From Leucoraja ocellata (lineage: Eukaryota), in contig JAWMAR010000084.1 of assembly GCA_036785375.1 (NCBI GenBank), positions 3,162,001 to 3,226,000 on the forward strand: a stretch of DNA of 64,000 nt, written 5' to 3'. The first letter of the stretch is position 1. Every line of letters begins with the position of its first letter. The translations under genes were made by a program, and so were the position numbers. The notes under the pieces are model-generated. The model did not search any database and had not been told where the DNA came from. It was given only the letters and a program-made list of their open reading frames with translations. This document shows positions 59,138-64,000 of the stretch, one piece after another.

Positions 59138-61984
59138 TTAGTGTCTGTCTATTCTACGGTATGTAGAGAAGGGACTTACTTGGGAAAGGTTGATAAACTC
59201 TTCATAAACTTCTTCCTGCATATTATTCTTTGTCAGGGAAGCAAAAATATCACATTAATAAAGAAAACATATATTGTTTGCAATTACTATAAATGGAATA
59301 ATAAAAGCCTTTGAAGCAACATAAATGCCAATTTTGTAAGATGCTGGGCTGGCTCATGCAGACACATTCTCACACTCACACTCACACTCACACAGTCATC
59401 GATAGGCACTTAACAGGCGTAAATCTGAGGTATACTGAGTGAAAAATTACGTTGTTTCTATCAATTTGCTCTGCCTTGAATACTCTCTTTTCCAGCTTTT
59501 CTGCCCCCACCCCTACCCAAATCTGAAAATATATCGCCGTAGATGCTGCCTGACCCTTTGCGTTCCTCCAACACATTGTTTTTCACTTAAGTTTCCAGCA
59601 TCTGCAGTCTCTTGTCTTTACTCTCGATCTTGTTTGGCTAGCTCAGTGCTGGTACCTAACAAATGTAGATTGGTCAGTCAGTTAGTTAATAATTGTAATT
59701 TAATTGAATATTTTTAATTATTTCAACATCAAAATGTGCTACTAATTACAATCTAAAACTTTATATTATCTGAATTATATTTATTTAAATGCTACTTGTA
59801 AAAATTGTTAAACAACTTGGCTTTTTATTGACAATTTCCAGTTCAGGAATAGAGAATATAATACTCTGTCCGGCTTGAGTGACTTTGGATCAGAGAGGCA
59901 GATTCCACCAAAGGCTGTCAAGTTAGATTCTGCATTCTGTCATCTGAGGCTTCCTCATTGCTAAGTTCAGAGGGCCAGAGACCCAAGTTCGATCCTGACC
60001 ATGGGTGCTGTCTGTACGGAGTTTGTACGTTTCTCCTCTCTTTAGAGTTAGTGTGCGGGGATTGCTGGCCGGCGCGGATTCGATGCACTGAATGGCCTGT
60101 TTCCACACTGTATCTCTAATCTAATGTAAAGTCAATTTTTGTCGAGGTGTATACATCTGGCAGAGACTATAGGAGCCAAATCCAGGCAGCAACTTGATTT
60201 GGATCTTTTTAAATAAACAATTCTAAAAATCGTCCATAAAATATGGCAACCACATTGGACTGTGCAGTCATTAAGCTCACCAAATTTCAAGCCCACAGCA
60301 GCAATGCTACTTTTATAAATCAACGCAAATCTTGAGTTCTGCACGATAAAATCTATAAGCAAGGTACAGAAATGTTTGACATTTCAGCAGAGTGAGCTCG
60401 ACATCTATTAACAGATGAGTTAGTTCGAGCTCTAGGGGCTAGTGGAGTCAAGGGATATGGGGAGAAGGCAGGCACGGGTTATTGATAGGGGACGATCAGT
60501 CGTGACATCACGATCATCACAATGAATGGCAGTGCTGGCTCGAAGGGCCGAATGGCCTCCTCCTGCACCTATTTTCTATGTTTCTATGTTTCTATGTGAT
60601 TTTTGAGTTGTGAATTGAAACTATTTAATGCTCCTCTAATAATTCCAACATTTCATTTGATGGTGTGCATTTATCACTCATTCCAAATTTTGGACCCCTT
60701 GCATACAATCAACTGGAGTAGTTGTTAAATTGTGGACTTTACATTGTTCCTGATTGATGTGTAGTAATTTGTAAAAAGGTTTTGAACAAGGAATGAACTT
60801 GTAACATTTAATTTTATATTGCAATAGGGTGTTTCTGCAGTAGTAAAACACAATTTAACTTTTGAATATACAATGCAGCAGGATATCTTTAAATATGGCT
60901 TACAGTGGAATTTTATTTTAATTAGTCTGTTTAGCTATTTTCTTCGGGCGACACAGAAGTCGAGTTGTGGCCTTACAGCACCAGAGACCCACTTTTGATT
61001 GTGAGTCCGGGTGCTGTCTGCACTGTTTTTATGTTCTCCCTCTAACCTCGTGTGTGTTCTATGAGTGTTCTGGTTTCCTCTCACATTGCAAAGACGTCAG
61101 CTTCATAGGTTAATTGGCTTTGGTAAATTGACCCTAGTGTGCCGGATAGAACTAGTGTATAGGTGATCATTGGTCGGTATGAAATTGGTGGGCTAAAGTG
61201 CCTGTTTCCATGCTGTATCTCTAAACTAAAGTAAAGTCAACTGTTATAAGGAACAAAGATGTGATTGTATTCCCCTAAAATGGTGTTTGATTTGAAATCT
61301 TGTAGTTTAAAACTGTTGATATCTTTGTACAGTCCATTGGTCTACCACTGGATATTAAAAAGTTTAAGTACGTTGTGCATTTTCACATCCACTTCCTCTG
61401 CAATTAGGTTGAAATTTGTAGTTTTTATTGCTAAGTTTCAACCTCCAAGTCATGACAGAATGATGTTGTGAGTAAATTTCGACAAAGCTTGGATAGAGAT
61501 TTCTAATAGCACCCCAGGGACAGCTGCTGATGGAGAATTGACAGGAAGGGAGGAACTCGAGAAAACTATAATGGCCAGGAAGATTCTTGGAACTCTGGTC
61601 TGATAAGTCTGTGGATCCAACTGGAGTTCATGGCCTCAAAATAAGTACCTAGTGTGAATGCATTGATGTGCCTTGCTGCATTGAGTTTAATTTTGCTAAC
61701 GACACAAGATTTGCAAAGGTTTCATTGTATTGGAAATTAGCAAATTCATTTCTTCAAAAAAAGAGAGGGAGGCAGAAAGCAGGAATCTCTAAACCACTTA
61801 GCTTAATATCTGTCTGAGGAATTGTTGGATGCTTATTGAATAGGTTTTAACATGATACCTGGATAACAGGATACCGGGCTAAATATACAAGGTAATAAGA
61901 GAAAGTCAATATGGTTTTGTGAGAGGGAAATCATCTCCAACCAATGTATTTGAGTATCTTGAATAACTAATATTTTAGAATAGT

Positions 61985-62925
61985 GAAGGTTAATTCCTGG
62001 GATGGTGGGTCTGTCATATGCTGAGAGAATGGAATGGCTGGGCTTGGATACTCTGGAGTTTAGAAGGATGAGAGGATATCTCATTGAAACATATAAGATT
62101 ATTACGTGTTTGGACAGGCTAGAGGCAAGAAACATGGTCCTAATGTTGGGGGAGTCCAGAACCAGGGGCCACTGTTTATGAATAAGGGGTAGGCCATTTA
62201 GAACGGAAATTAGGAAACACTTTTCACACAGAGTTGTGGAATTCTCTGCCTCAGAGGGTGGTGGAGGCCAGTTCTCTGGAAACTTTCAAGAGAGAGCTAG
62301 ATAGGGCTCTTAAATATAATGGATTCAGGGGATATGGGGAGAAGGCAAGAACAGGGTACTGATTGAAGATGATCAGCCATGATCACATTGAATGGCGGTG
62401 CTGGCTGGAAGGGCTGAATGGCCTACTGCTGCACCTATTGTCTATTTTTATTGTCTATTGTCTATTGCTTAGATAGAGTGGATGTGGAGAGGACGTTTCC
62501 ATTAGTGGGAGAGTAGAACTGGAGGTCATAGCCTCAGACTTGAAGGATGTTCTTTTAGGAAGGAGATGAGGAGATGTGTCTTTAATCAGATGGTGGTGAA
62601 TTTGTGGGATTCTTTGCCACAGAAGGTTGTGGAGGCCAAATCAATGGATACATTTAAGGCAGAGAGATAGATTCAAGTTCCAAGTTTACATTTATTGTCA
62701 CTGCACCGAATGGTACAGTGAAATTTGGGTTGCCAAACAGCCATACGAATAAAAGGAACACAACACACGGTAGAACTTAACATAAATTCTTGATTAGTAC
62801 GGGTGCCAGCGGTATTGGGGACAAGGCAGGAGAATGGGGTTAGGAAGGAGGGATAGATCAGCCATGAATGAATGGCAGAGTAGACTTGATGGGCCAAATG
62901 GCCTAATTCTACTCCAATCACTTAT
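61985..62925 (+). mobile_element. Two tandem CR1-type 3' fragments, the second interrupted by a short Rex-type tail (about 62673-62787)
   Basis: CTCTGGAGTTTAGAAGGATGAGAGG...GAGTCCAGAACCAGGGGCCAC...GAATGGCCTACTGCTGCACCTATTGTCTATT. Similar tails at about 56425-56600 and 60420-60595. Confidence 0.8.
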
Positions 62926-64000
62926 GATCTTGTGTTGCAGGATGTTAAGGTATGAATACATGTTTGGCTGGCCACCAGGAAAAGAAGTGTAGACCTGAAC
63001 CGCTATCTTTTCTATTTGAGAAATAGCTGGGATCAATGCTAGGGTCTAAGCATCTTATAGTTTGTATAAATAGCAGCGATGATCGTATTGTCGCTAAATT
63101 TGCTGATGACATAAATGCTGGTAGGAAAGTAAATTTTAAAGCACACACAAGTAGTCAACGAAGATATGCAGATGATCTGAGCGAATGAGCAAAGTAAGGG
63201 AAAATGTGAAATTGTTATCCAATTCTGCTCCAAACGTTATTCAACAAGGCAACAAGTTATTGGTCTCTATTTTTAAGTACCAAACTATCAGAGCCTTCTT
63301 GCGCCCACATGTACTACAATACTGTGTATGAATTGAATTTCCATGATACAAATTCACAAGTGAAGTTCCACTAAGTGTTAAATGCGAACTAGCCTCACCC
63401 ATGTGTGTGCTTATGCATGTCATACGCATGGAAGTGCCTGATTACATTTTCCACTTTAATTGGACTATTTCATCATCTTTGTGGGTTGTGATGAATTCAG
63501 TGCAATAAATTATTCACATGCCATTTGAAAAATGAAGGAATTTCAGGTCTGTAGCTATTCTGCAAAGGCATGTGATAATTAATGCCAGAAGCCTATAATT
63601 TGATTTTTTTTAATTGAATATAATCAATGCATAATTGTGTGCGAAAGGTCCAATTGTCACTGGAATGGCATTCTCCCTGTTAATATATTTTGGCTCCATT
63701 ACCAATTTAACGTGCAACATTCACCATCATTTTGTAGCAGGATATCTTGAGTGTAATCTGACTGTGCAAACATTATCTACAAAATTGTATATTATTTTGA
63801 AAGTACAATCATCTTGGATTTTATTGACTTGAGAAAAGAATGAACGTGAAGTAATTCTGCAAGGCCAGTACCCTTGGGAATTTTTATTTTTTATTACTGA
63901 TCTTATCTTGGGTCCTATTACTACTGTCTGCTATTCTCTGCTCGTTTTTTTGATGGCTAGTAATACAAGCAATGGAAAGAGAAAATTACCGTGTCAATTG

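Overview
Eukaryotic, repeat-dense DNA. The repeat repertoire (CR1, Rex-Babar, V-SINE-type tRNA SINEs, Penelope) suggests a cartilaginous fish, probably a skate or ray; this is inference. The only host coding sequence I can support is one 156-bp internal exon (35136-35291, +) of a delta-type ionotropic glutamate receptor (GRID1/GRID2 family, exon 2), so the window is mostly two very large introns. These introns hold: (1) a full-length DIRS1 tyrosine-recombinase retrotransposon (7618-12407) with three intact ORFs (gag, RT-RNaseH-Dam-like MTase, YR), near-perfect ITR/ICR structure, and an empty-site homologue in the same window that shows crossover at an ATT core; (2) a divergent, internally deleted DIRS1 relative with almost the same cis ends (32360-34783); (3) a decayed Mag-type Gypsy LTR element with a Tigger-like element inserted in its 5' LTR; (4) a hAT-like end adjacent to a pseudogenised TDP2-like exon 1 with its splice donor, a probable gene-fragment capture; (5) many Penelope-derived ends and palindromes carrying a minimal hammerhead-ribozyme-like core; (6) several MITEs (Harbinger, hAT, Tigger, and one with a 7-bp target duplication). 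There are two assembly gaps. Family names come from motif recognition and recall, not database searches. Boundaries of decayed repeats are approximate.
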